Source of the DNA: Candidatus Marinacidobacterales bacterium
GTDB taxonomy: Bacteria > Acidobacteriota > Vicinamibacteria > Marinacidobacterales > DATDRI01
DNA length: 64,000 bases
Assembly (NCBI GenBank): GCA_965219415.1
Contig: CBDCNP010000002.1
Coordinates: forward strand, 1,216,001-1,280,000
Direction of reading: 5' to 3'
The position numbers and the translations under genes are program-made. Below the pieces are notes generated by a model. That model saw nothing but the letters and a program-made list of their open reading frames with translations, did no database searches and was not told the origin of the DNA. Each line of letters begins with the position of its first letter. Position 1 is the first letter of the stretch. This document shows, piece after piece, positions 11,180 through 20,568 of this stretch.

Positions 11180-11854
11180 ATGAGACGTTGCCTCGCTTTG
11201 GTCGTGTTATTTGTGCTGGCTGTCAGCTCGAGTTTTGCTCAGGAAAGAAGCGTCAAGCCGGGGATCAACGCGCGGTGGGAGAAGCCGGACATGGCCGAAG
11301 CGGCTGACCTGCTCGAGCAGGAAACCGACATCTACAAACGCCGGCACGCCATCGTGGCCACTCTCGGCCCGGAATCCGGATCCGACTTTGCCGACGTTGG
11401 AGCGGGAAGCGGGTTCATCGCATGGTTACTCGCGAGCGAGGTTGGCTCCGAGGGGAAGGTATACGCGGTGGACATTTCCCAGGAGAGCCTCGACTACATC
11501 ATGGAAGGAGCTAAGAGGGAGGAGATCAGCAATATCGTGCCGGTGCTCGGAGAGCATCGGACGACGAACCTTCCTAGCGATTCGGTCGACGTCATCGTGA
11601 CCATACGAACCTACCATCATTTCGAGCACCCGATAGATGTGCTCGCATCCATCAAGGCCGCGCTGAGACCCGATGGACGCTTCGTCGTCATCGACCGTGA
11701 GCGCACAAAGGGAGTTTCCGACGAGGAGACCCTCGAGCACCTCCGGGCCGGCAAGGGAACCGTCACCGACGAAATCCTGAACGCCGGCTTCATCCTCGAA
11801 AAGGACATCCCCTTGATCCCGGAGCACTTCTATCTCGTTTTCAGGCACCGCTGA
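11180..11854 (+). CDS. Class I SAM-dependent methyltransferase with signal peptide
   Basis: AGGAGG RBS at 11168-11173, a MRRCLALVVLFVLAVSSSFA-QE signal, and ADVGAGSG, VYAVDI and TYHHF motifs. The ORF track fuses it to the permease only because of the permease frameshift. Confidence 0.85.
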   Translation: MRRCLALVVLFVLAVSSSFAQERSVKPGINARWEKPDMAEAADLLEQETDIYKRRHAIVATLGPESGSDFADVGAGSGFIAWLLASEVGSEGKVYAVDISQESLDYIMEGAKREEISNIVPVLGEHRTTNLPSDSVDVIVTIRTYHHFEHPIDVLASIKAALRPDGRFVVIDRERTKGVSDEETLEHLRAGKGTVTDEILNAGFILEKDIPLIPEHFYLVFRHR

Positions 11855-11868
11855 GACCCGCGCGACGG

Positions 11869-11978
11869 CAGACCCCACTTCGAATCCAGAACGAAAGCGG
11901 CAACGAAGCCTTCCCCTGCAACACGCACCGAACAAAGGCCGAACACCCGCGTGTGCGATCGCGGATGGTTTGTTATCC
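11869..11978. repeat. Chimeric remnant: sulfatase coding fragment fused to a copy of the sulfatase/FkbM intergenic region
   Basis: 11869-11908 matches 8291-8330 at 36/40, and 11915-11978 matches 8831-8894 at 57/64. Confidence 0.9.
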
Positions 11979-12012
11979 TGGGAGGAGTCTGACAGGCTTC
12001 GAACGAGGTTAT

Positions 12013-13290
12013 TTGCAAAAATCCGCGCCAGCATGGCTGAATGACCGGGACCGCGCCGTCTTGGAGGGAGAGCAAGGAGCCGGAGCTCGGATGGCCATGG
12101 CTATTCTGGTCCGTATGGCAGAGGTCCATGGAGCCGAGGGAATGATGGATATCACCCAGGCCCACATCGATAGCGCCATCTACATCGGTGATGCGGGACT
12201 CGAGTTCGCGGAGCGCTTGGTGCGCCTTGGAGCCAAGGTCGCCGTGCCGACTACCCTCAACGTCAGCGGACTCGATGAACATCAGTGGCGGGAGTGGAAT
12301 GTGCCAACCGATTGGGCAGACAAAGCCCACCGCCAGATGGTCGCCTACCAAGAGATGGGCTGTCAGCCGACTTGGACCTGTGCACCCTATCAGACCCAAG
12401 CAGCGCCCGAGCTGGGTCAACAAATAGCTTGGGGTGAATCGAACGCCATCGCCTTCGCGAACTCGGTTCTCGGAGCCCGCACTGAACGCTACCCCGATTT
12501 CCTGGACATCTGCGCGGCGATCACCGGCCGGGTGCCGACGGTCGGGCTCCACCTAAAGGAAAACCGCGCCGGACAGTTGCTGATGCACCTCGTCGACGTC
12601 CCGCGCCGATTGCAGGAAGACGATTCCTTTTACGCGGTACTAGGGCATCTCATCGGCGAAATCGCCGATGACCGGGTTCCGGTGGTCGAAGGTATCGAAG
12701 TCACGCCGAGCGAAGACCAGCTCAAGGCACTCGGCGCCGCAGCATCCTCCTCGGGGACGGTGGCTTTGTTCCACATCGTCGGCGTCACGCCGGAGGCGCC
12801 TACCCTCGAAGCTGCGTTTCAAGGCAAAGACCCAGAGGAGGTCATCGAGATCACTCCCCCCCGTCTTCGCGCAACCTGGGAGCAGCTGACTACAGCCAAG
12901 GGACAAAAGTTGGACATGATCGTGCTCGGTAGTCCTCACTTCTCCTTCGCCGAGTTCGAGCGGCTAGCACCTCTTGTCGAAGGCCGGCGGCGTCACCCCG
13001 ATGTGGAGTTTCTCGTCACGTCCAGCCGAACCATGCGAAGTCTTGCGAAAGAACATGGAGCTCTCCAAGCGCTCGAAGACTTCGGCGGTCGTGTAACCGT
13101 CGACACCTGCATCCTAGCCACGCCGATGCTTCCTGACTCTGTTAGAGTCTTGATGACCAATTCCGCGAAGTACGCTTACTACGCCCCAGGAATGCTGGAC
13201 ACGCAGGTGGTCTTCGGAAACCTCTTGGATTGCGTGCAATCCGCCGTCGCCGGCCGTGTGGTGAGAGACGAGTCGCTATGGAAAGAGTGA
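12013..13290 (+). CDS. Aconitase X (AcnX, DUF521) large catalytic subunit
   Basis: LEGEQGAG..MAM, AHIDS, VPTTLN, TCAPY, WGESNA..FANSVLGART, LFHIVGVTPEA, GSPH, DTC and MTNSAKYAYY motifs. The start is probably TTG at 12013. Confidence 0.9.
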   Translation: MQKSAPAWLNDRDRAVLEGEQGAGARMAMAILVRMAEVHGAEGMMDITQAHIDSAIYIGDAGLEFAERLVRLGAKVAVPTTLNVSGLDEHQWREWNVPTDWADKAHRQMVAYQEMGCQPTWTCAPYQTQAAPELGQQIAWGESNAIAFANSVLGARTERYPDFLDICAAITGRVPTVGLHLKENRAGQLLMHLVDVPRRLQEDDSFYAVLGHLIGEIADDRVPVVEGIEVTPSEDQLKALGAAASSSGTVALFHIVGVTPEAPTLEAAFQGKDPEEVIEITPPRLRATWEQLTTAKGQKLDMIVLGSPHFSFAEFERLAPLVEGRRRHPDVEFLVTSSRTMRSLAKEHGALQALEDFGGRVTVDTCILATPMLPDSVRVLMTNSAKYAYYAPGMLDTQVVFGNLLDCVQSAVAGRVVRDESLWKE

Positions 13291-13703
13291 TCCACGCCAG
13301 GCCGCTGGTCGCCGGAACGGCCACCGGCGAGGCGCTGGTCAGCTCCGAGCCCCTGAGCTTTTGGGGCGGATACGATCATCGCGATGGCTCCATCATCGAC
13401 CGACGTCACCCATTGAACGGCAAGATCGCGGCAGGCAAGATCCTCGGAATTCCCTTCACTCGCGGCTCGAGCACCACCACCGCGGTTCTAGTAGAATCGG
13501 TCAAGGTGGATACCGCTCCTGCGGCGATCATATGTAATCGTATCGAGGCGTTTTTGTCTCTGGCCGCCATTGTGGCGGAGGAGTTGTACGGCAAACGAGT
13601 TCCCATCATTCTCACCAAGCCCGAGGAGTTCGATAGTTTGAAGACGGGTCAGCGAATCGCCATACGCGGCGACGGAAGTATCCTCATCGCGGACACCCAA
13701 TAG
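13278..13703 (+). CDS. Aconitase X swivel (DUF126) small subunit
   Basis: GEALVSSEPLSFWGG.D..G.IIDRRHPL.G....GKIL..P..RGSST and APAAII motifs. It overlaps the end of the large subunit. Confidence 0.9.
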   Translation: MERVIHARPLVAGTATGEALVSSEPLSFWGGYDHRDGSIIDRRHPLNGKIAAGKILGIPFTRGSSTTTAVLVESVKVDTAPAAIICNRIEAFLSLAAIVAEELYGKRVPIILTKPEEFDSLKTGQRIAIRGDGSILIADTQ

Positions 13704-13720
13704 CTACCCAAAGGAGAGAC

Positions 13721-14755
13721 ATGAAGATAGAACACGTTTTGCTCTTGGTCGTGGTAAGCCTGACTGGCTGCGGTCAAGGCCAACCCGCCCCCGCGGCCCA
13801 GGCCTCCGAAACGCCGGACATCCTGGCCACCATCGATGGTTCCCCGGTGACTCGGGCGGACCTCGAGGAGCGCGTCGGGGACCGACTGAGCGGCATGGCG
13901 GCACAGTACCAGGGTCAGCGTTATCAGCTCATCGAGTCCACCGTCGAGGAAATCGTCTCTGGCCGTTTGCTGGAGGACGAAGCAAAAAAACGGTGGGTAA
14001 CCCCGAAGGATCTCTTCACCGCAGAGGTCCAGCCCAATGCACAAGTAAGCGCGGACGATGTGAGCGCGTGGTACCAGGAGAACGCGGCGCGGCTGGGCGG
14101 GAGGCCCTTGCAGGATGTGTCTCCTCAAATCCACAAGTTTCTCACCGACCAAAGGGTGGCCCGGGCGCAAGACGAGTTCGTGCGGAAGCTGGCGGAGCAA
14201 CGAAACGTTGAGTATTTGCTGGAACCCTATCGTGTGAATCTGGACAGTGGTGGGTTCCCAAGTATGGGCCCCAGCGACGCACCCATTACGCTCGTTGAAT
14301 TCTCGGACTTCGAATGTCCCTTCTGCAGCCAGTTCGTGGCAACCCTCGAAGAGGTCAAGAAGAAATACGGCGACCAGGTGCGGCTCGTCTTCCGCCAATT
14401 TCCTTTGAGCATCCACGCCAACGCCCCAAAGGCCGCGGAGGCCTCACTGTGCGCAGGGGATCAGGACAAGTTCTGGCCGATGCACGATCTGTTGTTCCAA
14501 GAGCAATCCCGGCTCGACCTCCCGGCACTCAAGGACAAGGCGAGTCGCCTGGGGCTCGATCGCAGCGAGTTCGACCACTGCCTCGATTCGGGAAAACACT
14601 CCGAGCAAGTGCAAAAGGATATGCGGGCCGGCGGCACGGTTGGGGTCACGGGAACACCGGCCCTTTTCGTCAACGGGATTCCCGCTCCGAGCGGAGCACT
14701 TCCCTATGAAGCGGTCTCTGCCTTTATCGAAGACGAGCTGCGACGGCTAGAATGA
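13721..14755 (+). CDS. DsbA/thioredoxin-family lipoprotein with SurA-like N-terminal region
   Basis: LTGC lipobox, EFSDFECPFC, FRQFPL..H and GVTGTP.LFVNG motifs. Confidence 0.9.
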   Translation: MKIEHVLLLVVVSLTGCGQGQPAPAAQASETPDILATIDGSPVTRADLEERVGDRLSGMAAQYQGQRYQLIESTVEEIVSGRLLEDEAKKRWVTPKDLFTAEVQPNAQVSADDVSAWYQENAARLGGRPLQDVSPQIHKFLTDQRVARAQDEFVRKLAEQRNVEYLLEPYRVNLDSGGFPSMGPSDAPITLVEFSDFECPFCSQFVATLEEVKKKYGDQVRLVFRQFPLSIHANAPKAAEASLCAGDQDKFWPMHDLLFQEQSRLDLPALKDKASRLGLDRSEFDHCLDSGKHSEQVQKDMRAGGTVGVTGTPALFVNGIPAPSGALPYEAVSAFIEDELRRLE

Positions 14756-14782
14756 TTCTCCACGAAATCAAGGAGTATACCC

Positions 14783-15130
14783 ATGGAATGCTTTCAACTA
14801 CTCGAGAATTTGGATTTCCGCGAAGGTAGTGAACACGCGGAGGCGCGGGCGATCTACGCCGATAACGAGAGCAGGACTCTACGCTTTGCGTTGACCAAAG
14901 GACAGAAGATCAAACCCCACCGCGCACACTCTCCCGTCCATGTGGTGGTGTTGAAGGGAGAGGGGGTCTTCACCGGTCAGGACGGTGAGGAAAAAAGTGC
15001 CGGCCCCAACAGCATGTTGATCTTCGGAAGGGGCGAAGAGCATTCGGTTCGCGCGGTATCGGACGAGCTCGTCTTCGTGGCCGTTTTGCACGGCGCGCCC
15101 GGCGCTCATCACGAGCCGGTTGCCGGATAG
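14783..15130 (+). CDS. Cupin-domain protein
   Basis: GQKIKPH.AH..VHVVVLKGEG.F and GEEHSVRA motifs, with an AAGGAG RBS. Confidence 0.8.
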   Translation: MECFQLLENLDFREGSEHAEARAIYADNESRTLRFALTKGQKIKPHRAHSPVHVVVLKGEGVFTGQDGEEKSAGPNSMLIFGRGEEHSVRAVSDELVFVAVLHGAPGAHHEPVAG

Positions 15131-15154
15131 AGAGACTTCTACCGCGGACGGGAC

Positions 15155-18086
15155 GTGATGAGCCACTTCACTCCGACAGAAAGAACCCGGAAACTCGAAC
15201 AGATTCTAAGCCGACTCAGGGATCGCGATCAGGACACCAACTGGGACCTGCTCGACTCCTTTTCTCGCGTGGTCTATGCGGCCCTTCCCGACTGGATGGC
15301 CCAGAATATAGCCGCTCCGGAGCTCGCCGATCGGCTACTCGACAACTACCGGTTCTTCGTCGAGCAGCTTCCCCCCCCGAATCAGCTCTATCGGGGCGTG
15401 CCAGGACTCCATGTTGTGGCACGAAGCTCGGGCGAAAATGAAGTCTTACACACCGTCCGTCGCATCTGCGATCTACCATCTCGAACCCATCGATTATCTC
15501 GTGGTCCGACACTGGGATCAAAACGGCCGGCTGGAGAAGTCCACTCTCATTCTTGGTCGCTTTTCTCAGGGATCGTTTGCCCAGCGAGCCACTCACGTGC
15601 CGATTCTCCGACAGAAGCAAGCGCAGATCATGGAGCAGAGCCGCGCGATGCCCATGTCCAATGCCTTCCGTCAAATCCGCGCGCTTTTCAATCGACTACC
15701 GCGTCGCGAGCTTTTCTATGCTCCCGTCGAAGAGCTCCAGCCGTTTCTGAATCGTATCATCCAGATCACAGGTGATGATGAAATCGCGGTTCACCATCGC
15801 ATCGGTGCGGGTTATGTCGCGCTTTACCTCGCGTTCTCGAAGCAGCGTTACTCTTACGAGCTCGAAGAGAATCTGCGGCGCACACTGAGCCAGAGCTTCG
15901 GACCCATTACGTTCGCCACGTCCCAAGACACCGAATCTGCACAAGTCGTGTTCTTCTATTTTGATCTGCACCGAATGGACCGAGCTCTCGATGAAGATGA
16001 AATCCTCAAGATCACCGAGCGGTTGCTCACCACCTGGCCGGAGGCCGTTTCCCGACGCCTCACCGAAGCCTTCGGAGAAAGGCAGGGACGCCGGCTTCTG
16101 CAACGCTGGGTGACCCGCGAAACGCGCAGTGGCCTCTATCGTGAGGCTACGCCACCGCAGGAAGTCCCCTTCGACTTGGAGCACCTGGACGCCCTCGAGG
16201 GGAGGCTCGAGGTCGCTGTCGTTCCTCGCAGCCCGGAGCACGCCACGCTCAAGGTTTATGCTCTGAAACCCTTGGGGTTTATCGAGATCCTCACCACGCT
16301 CGGCAACCTGGGACTGAAGGTCACTGGCGAGCTCCACATTCCCATCCAGCGGCCTGAAGGACAGACCGCCCACCTGTACCGATACGAAATCGTGGACGAT
16401 GCCAAGGGCATCCAAGCACTGATCGAGGGATGCGATCGCGTCACAGATGCCGTGCGGGCTCTGGACGAGGAGCGCGCCAGCGACGGGTCGCTCAACGTTC
16501 TCGTCTTGCGTGCAGAACTCAACTGGCGCCAAGTCGAAGTGCTGCGCACTTATAGAAACCATCTGCAGCAGATACGGCCGCACTACAACGTCGAGACCGT
16601 AAACGGCGTCCTTCTTCGCAACGCGGACGTGGCGCGGGCCTTGTTTCATGTTTTCGAAGCCCGCTTCGACCCCCAGATTGAAGGCGGGCGGACCAAGGTC
16701 ACCGAACGGGCCGAGGCAGAGCTCCAGACGGCCCTCGATGCCGTGCGGAGTCTCGTTGAGGACGAGGTTCTCCGCGCACTCGGAAGCCTTATCTCGGCAA
16801 CCGTTCGAACCAACTTCTACCAGAGCCCCGAGCGTCCGGTCGTGAGCATCAAGGTGGACAGCCACAAAGTAGAAGGAATGCCCTCCCCTAAGCCCAGGCA
16901 CGAGATTTACGTTCACTCCCGGCGACTCGAAGGGATCCATCTCCGCGGCGGGCGAATTGCCCGGGGTGGCATTCGATGGAGCGATCGGCACGATGACTTC
17001 CGTACCGAGGTCTTGGGCCTCATGAAGACCCAGATGGTGAAGAACTCGATCATCGTACCTGTAGGCTCGAAGGGTGGATTCGTCCTCAAGGGGTCACTCC
17101 CGCCCCGCCCCGGCCTCGACGGCTACCTCGCTGAGCGTTACCGAGAGTTTATCTCCGGGCTCCTCGACGTAACGGACAACGCGGTTGACAACGAAATGTG
17201 TCATCCGCCCGACGTCGTCCGACATGATGACGACGACCCGTACTTGGTCGTCGCCGCCGACAAGGGCACGGCGCATCTATCCGATACGGCCAACGCGGTG
17301 GCCAAGCACTACGGCTTCTGGTTGGGAGACGCCTTCGCATCGGGAGGAAGTATCGGCTACGACCACAAGAAAGTTGCCATCACCGCACGGGGTGTGTGGG
17401 AGTGCATCAAGCATCACTTCGCCAACCTCGGGGTCGACGTCAACAAAGACTCCTTCACCGCTGCCGCGATAGGGGACATGGCCTGTGATGTCTTCGGCAA
17501 CAGCATGCTCTTATCTCGAACCATCAAGCTGGTCGCCGCCTTAAATCATATGCACATCTTCATCGATCCCAATCCGGACCCCGACCAGAGTCATGCTGAG
17601 CGAAAGCGGCTGTTTCGATTGCCGCGTTCGAGCTGGCGCGATTACAACTCCTCCCTCATCAGTCCCGGGGGTGGTGTGTTCGATCGGTCTGATAAGAGCA
17701 TTCCGGTGAGTCCCGAGATGAAGTCACTCCTCGGGATCTCGCAAGACCGGATGAGCGGCGAGCAGATGATCCGTAGCATACTGAAGTCGCGCGTCGATCT
17801 CCTGTACAACGGTGGTATCGGAACCTATGTCAAGGCCTCGAGTGAAGACAACATCAGTGTGGGGGACCGCACGAACGACCGCCTCCGTGTCGACGGCGGC
17901 GACATTCGCGCCCGGGTGGTCGGTGAGGGCGGAAATTTAGGCTTTACTCAAAAGGCTCGGCTCGAGTACTGGGCGAAAAGGGGGGGGCTCATCAACACCG
18001 ACGCCGTTGACAATTCCGGCGGAGTCGACATGTCCGATCACGAAGTGAACATGAAGATCCTGATGGACATGCTAGTTAAGAAGGGT
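15155..18086 (+). pseudogene. gdhB: Large NAD-specific glutamate dehydrogenase, N-terminal and catalytic part (apparent internal deletion/frameshift at ~15450; C-terminus inverted)
   Basis: EGIHLRGGRIARGGIRWSDR.DDFRTEVLGLMKTQMVKN, DDPYLVVAADKGTA, WLGDAFASGGS.GYDHK, GEGGNLG and NTDAVDNSGGVDMSDHEVN motifs. Confidence 0.9.
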
Positions 18087-18111
18087 TCTGCTATCGGCTG
18101 CCCCTAGAGCT

Positions 18112-18843
18112 CTAGAGACTCAGCTTCTTTTGCAGCTCCTGAACGACGGGGGCTGGATTCTGCCCCTCGAGAGCAGCCCTGGTCCCTTGCTCCATGATGT
18201 CTTCGAGCTGCAGAAGGGCCACGTGGGCTTTGGTTGCGTCCATCGTTGCATCGAGAATTCCCTGCCGAGTTTCTTGCGCCCTCGATTGAAGCGAGACGTT
18301 CATGTAAGCCTTCAACACGTCTCCGATCCCGGCTCCAGTCTGTCTCATCATGCGCGACAGGAAATCGACGCCGGCGCAGTTGACAAGATGATTGACTGCG
18401 GCGGTGCTGATGATCTCACGGCGCAGTGGATGCTCGGTGAAGTGCTCCCCGAAGGCCTCCCGCAAGGGGGCAGGGAAGTAACCTTCCAGGAACGGCGCCC
18501 CCTCCGGGCTATCGGGGAAATCGGTCTCCACGATCTGTCTGTAGGCCCAGATCTTGACGTGGCCAAGCACGAGCGCAAGTAGTGGTCGCGGCAGACCGCG
18601 ATGCCTCTGCGCACTGTCGAGGAGTTGTCTCCGTCGCGGCACAGCATCGTCCTGGCGGTTGAGAATACCGGCGGCGACGAGCTCTTCGATGAGTGCCGCG
18701 AAATCTTTATACCGGGCGGCGCTGCGTATTCCGTCGAGAGTCAGAGTGAGTGCCTGTCGAGCGTTATCGATCAGGACCAGCCTTGCCACGTCCTCTGTCA
18801 TCTCCAAAAACATGCGATTCCGCTCGGCCCGATTTTCGATGAC
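18112..18843 (-). pseudogene. gdhB: C-terminal domain of the same glutamate dehydrogenase, on the opposite strand
   Basis: VIENRAERNRMFLEMTEDVARLVLIDN..Q, GLPRP.LALVL and YFPAPL....HPLRREIIST...N.LVN..G are what normally follows SDHEVN.KIL in this family. Confidence 0.85.
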
Positions 18844-18844
18844 A

Positions 18845-19057
18845 AGAAAGGCCAGCGCGGTCACATTGAACGCCCCATCCCCAACCCGTAGGTCTCCGCC
18901 GGCGTGCCCACCACAAAAGGAACGGCGGCGCTCGCCACCCTCCGATGCTATAGGTCAGCCCCTGCGCCGTTGCCCGAATGCGGGTCGGAAAGAGCTCGGC
19001 GCTGATCACACCGAAACCCGAAAAGTAGGGGGTGCCAAAAACCAACCAAGAAAAGCC
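18845..19057 (-). repeat. Degenerate copy of the 3' part of the MFS gene (20627-20837)
   Basis: It encodes FGT.YFSGFGVISAELFPTRIRATAQGLTY.IG... with substitutions and small indels relative to the intact copy. Confidence 0.92.
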
Positions 19058-19078
19058 GTTGCCTTCGTCATTAAATCG

Positions 19079-19187
19079 TTCTATAATCATTCCATAAATA
19101 CGGTACTTTATGAGATTTATTTTATTTAACTTATTTATTTATAGATATTTGTATAATTTAGTCACTTTCTACAATCATTCTATAAAT
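19079..19187 (+). promoter_or_regulatory. AT-rich promoter/operator of the HipA-like gene
   Basis: A TATAAT sits at 19152-19157. There is a 21-bp direct repeat (19079-19099 and 19167-19187, 19/21) and a perfect inverted repeat ATTTATAGA (19137-19145)/TCTATAAAT (19179-19187) overlapping the ATG. Confidence 0.65.
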
Positions 19188-20473
19188 GAGTGTCCTCACC
19201 GAACAGCTTGAGCGCGGAGTCGTCCCGGCGGGTCGCCTAACCGACGCCCTTGGAATTTCGCCGCAAGCATTGATGAGCCGTGTCCGCGCCGAGGGCGACA
19301 GGATCGTCCGCATCGGCCGGGGACGTGCCACCCGCTACGGATTACGGCGTGAGGTCTCTGGGCTCGCGCGCTCTGACGTTCCACTTTTCCGGATCGACGG
19401 CACGGGTAACCCGGATCCAGTGGGCCGGCTTCTTGTTCTGGCCCGCCACGAAACAGCGTGGTTGCCATCCGGAGCGGTCTTTGTGGGGCTCCCACCAGAA
19501 GTTGCCGATATGCAGCCCTCGGGGTTCATGGGTCGCGCTTTTGCGAGCCAGCATCCGGACCTGCGCGTTCCGCCGCGCATTAGCGATTGGTCGGATGATC
19601 ACACCCTGGTCGCCTTGGCTCGTCGCGGTGAAGACTTCCCCGGCAACCTAATCCTTGGCGACGAATCCATCGAGCGATGGTCTTCTAGCCCACCTTCGGC
19701 GGTCACCCGGAATGATTACCCCGACCTCGCTGAGGCGGCTACGGCAGGAGACCCGCCCGGCTCCTCGGCCGGTGGCGAAAGACCGAAGTTCGGTGCCTAT
19801 ACGGATGGTCGGCATTACTTGGTCAAGTTCACCGCCCAGGGGGATTCCGGGACTGCGCTGCGTTGGCTGGATCTACTGAGCTTAGAGGCACTCGCGCTCG
19901 AGGTTTTGCGGGATGGCGGTGTAGCGGCTGCGAGCCCGCAGCTCATAGAGACGGGCACCTATCGGTTCTTGGAAGTCCAGCGTTTCGACCGAATCGGTGA
20001 GCGAGGCAGGCGCGCCATGATGACCCTTGCGGCCGCGCACGACGATTTGACCGACACCTGGGCGCGCGCCGCCACTAGACTCGCTGGAGTTCGATTAGCT
20101 TTCAACGGAGGATGCGAGGCGCCTACAGCTTTATGAAGCCTTCGCGCGATTGATCGCCAACGAAGACCGCCATCACTACAACGTGGCGCTGTTTCCGGAG
20201 CATTCGGGCGCGGGTGAGACCATGACCGTTGAGCCGAGGCGCTACACGCTCGCACCGGCCATCGACCAATTGCCTACGCTCTATGCACCTACAAGCGACG
20301 GGCAACTACCGGACCGCGAATTCGTGCGCCCAACGCCCAGCGCCGACACTTGGGACGTCTGGAATCAAGCGTGCACCCTCGCCGTCACATTCTGGCAAAG
20401 GGCTCGCGAGATCGACAGCCTCTCCGATTCTATGAGAGAGATCGCCGTTAGCAACCTAGAGGCGCTCTCTTAG
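19186..20473 (+). CDS. YjjJ/HipA-family kinase toxin with N-terminal HTH (frameshift near 20098)
   Basis: An HTH (LTDALGISPQALMSRV..GRGRATRY), GSSAGGERPKF, VKF and RFDR are followed in the shifted frame by FARLIANEDRHHYN and LAPAIDQLP. Confidence 0.85.
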
Positions 20474-20568
20474 CGACATACTGTAGCGCCGACCACCATG
20501 AGACGGTCGCCGGCTAGTCGAACACTTCTAGAACACTCCGACGTGACGCCACGCAGCCGCGAAGAGTA

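Noticed and set aside
9806-11854. 682-aa permease-methyltransferase fusion in the ORF track
   Set aside because: This is a frameshift artefact. The permease's last TMs are in another frame ending at 11168, and the methyltransferase has its own RBS and signal peptide.
19124-19151. ATTTAACTTAT resembles the XerD arm of a dif site
   Set aside because: There is no XerC arm at the right spacing, and the match is explained by the AT-rich promoter.
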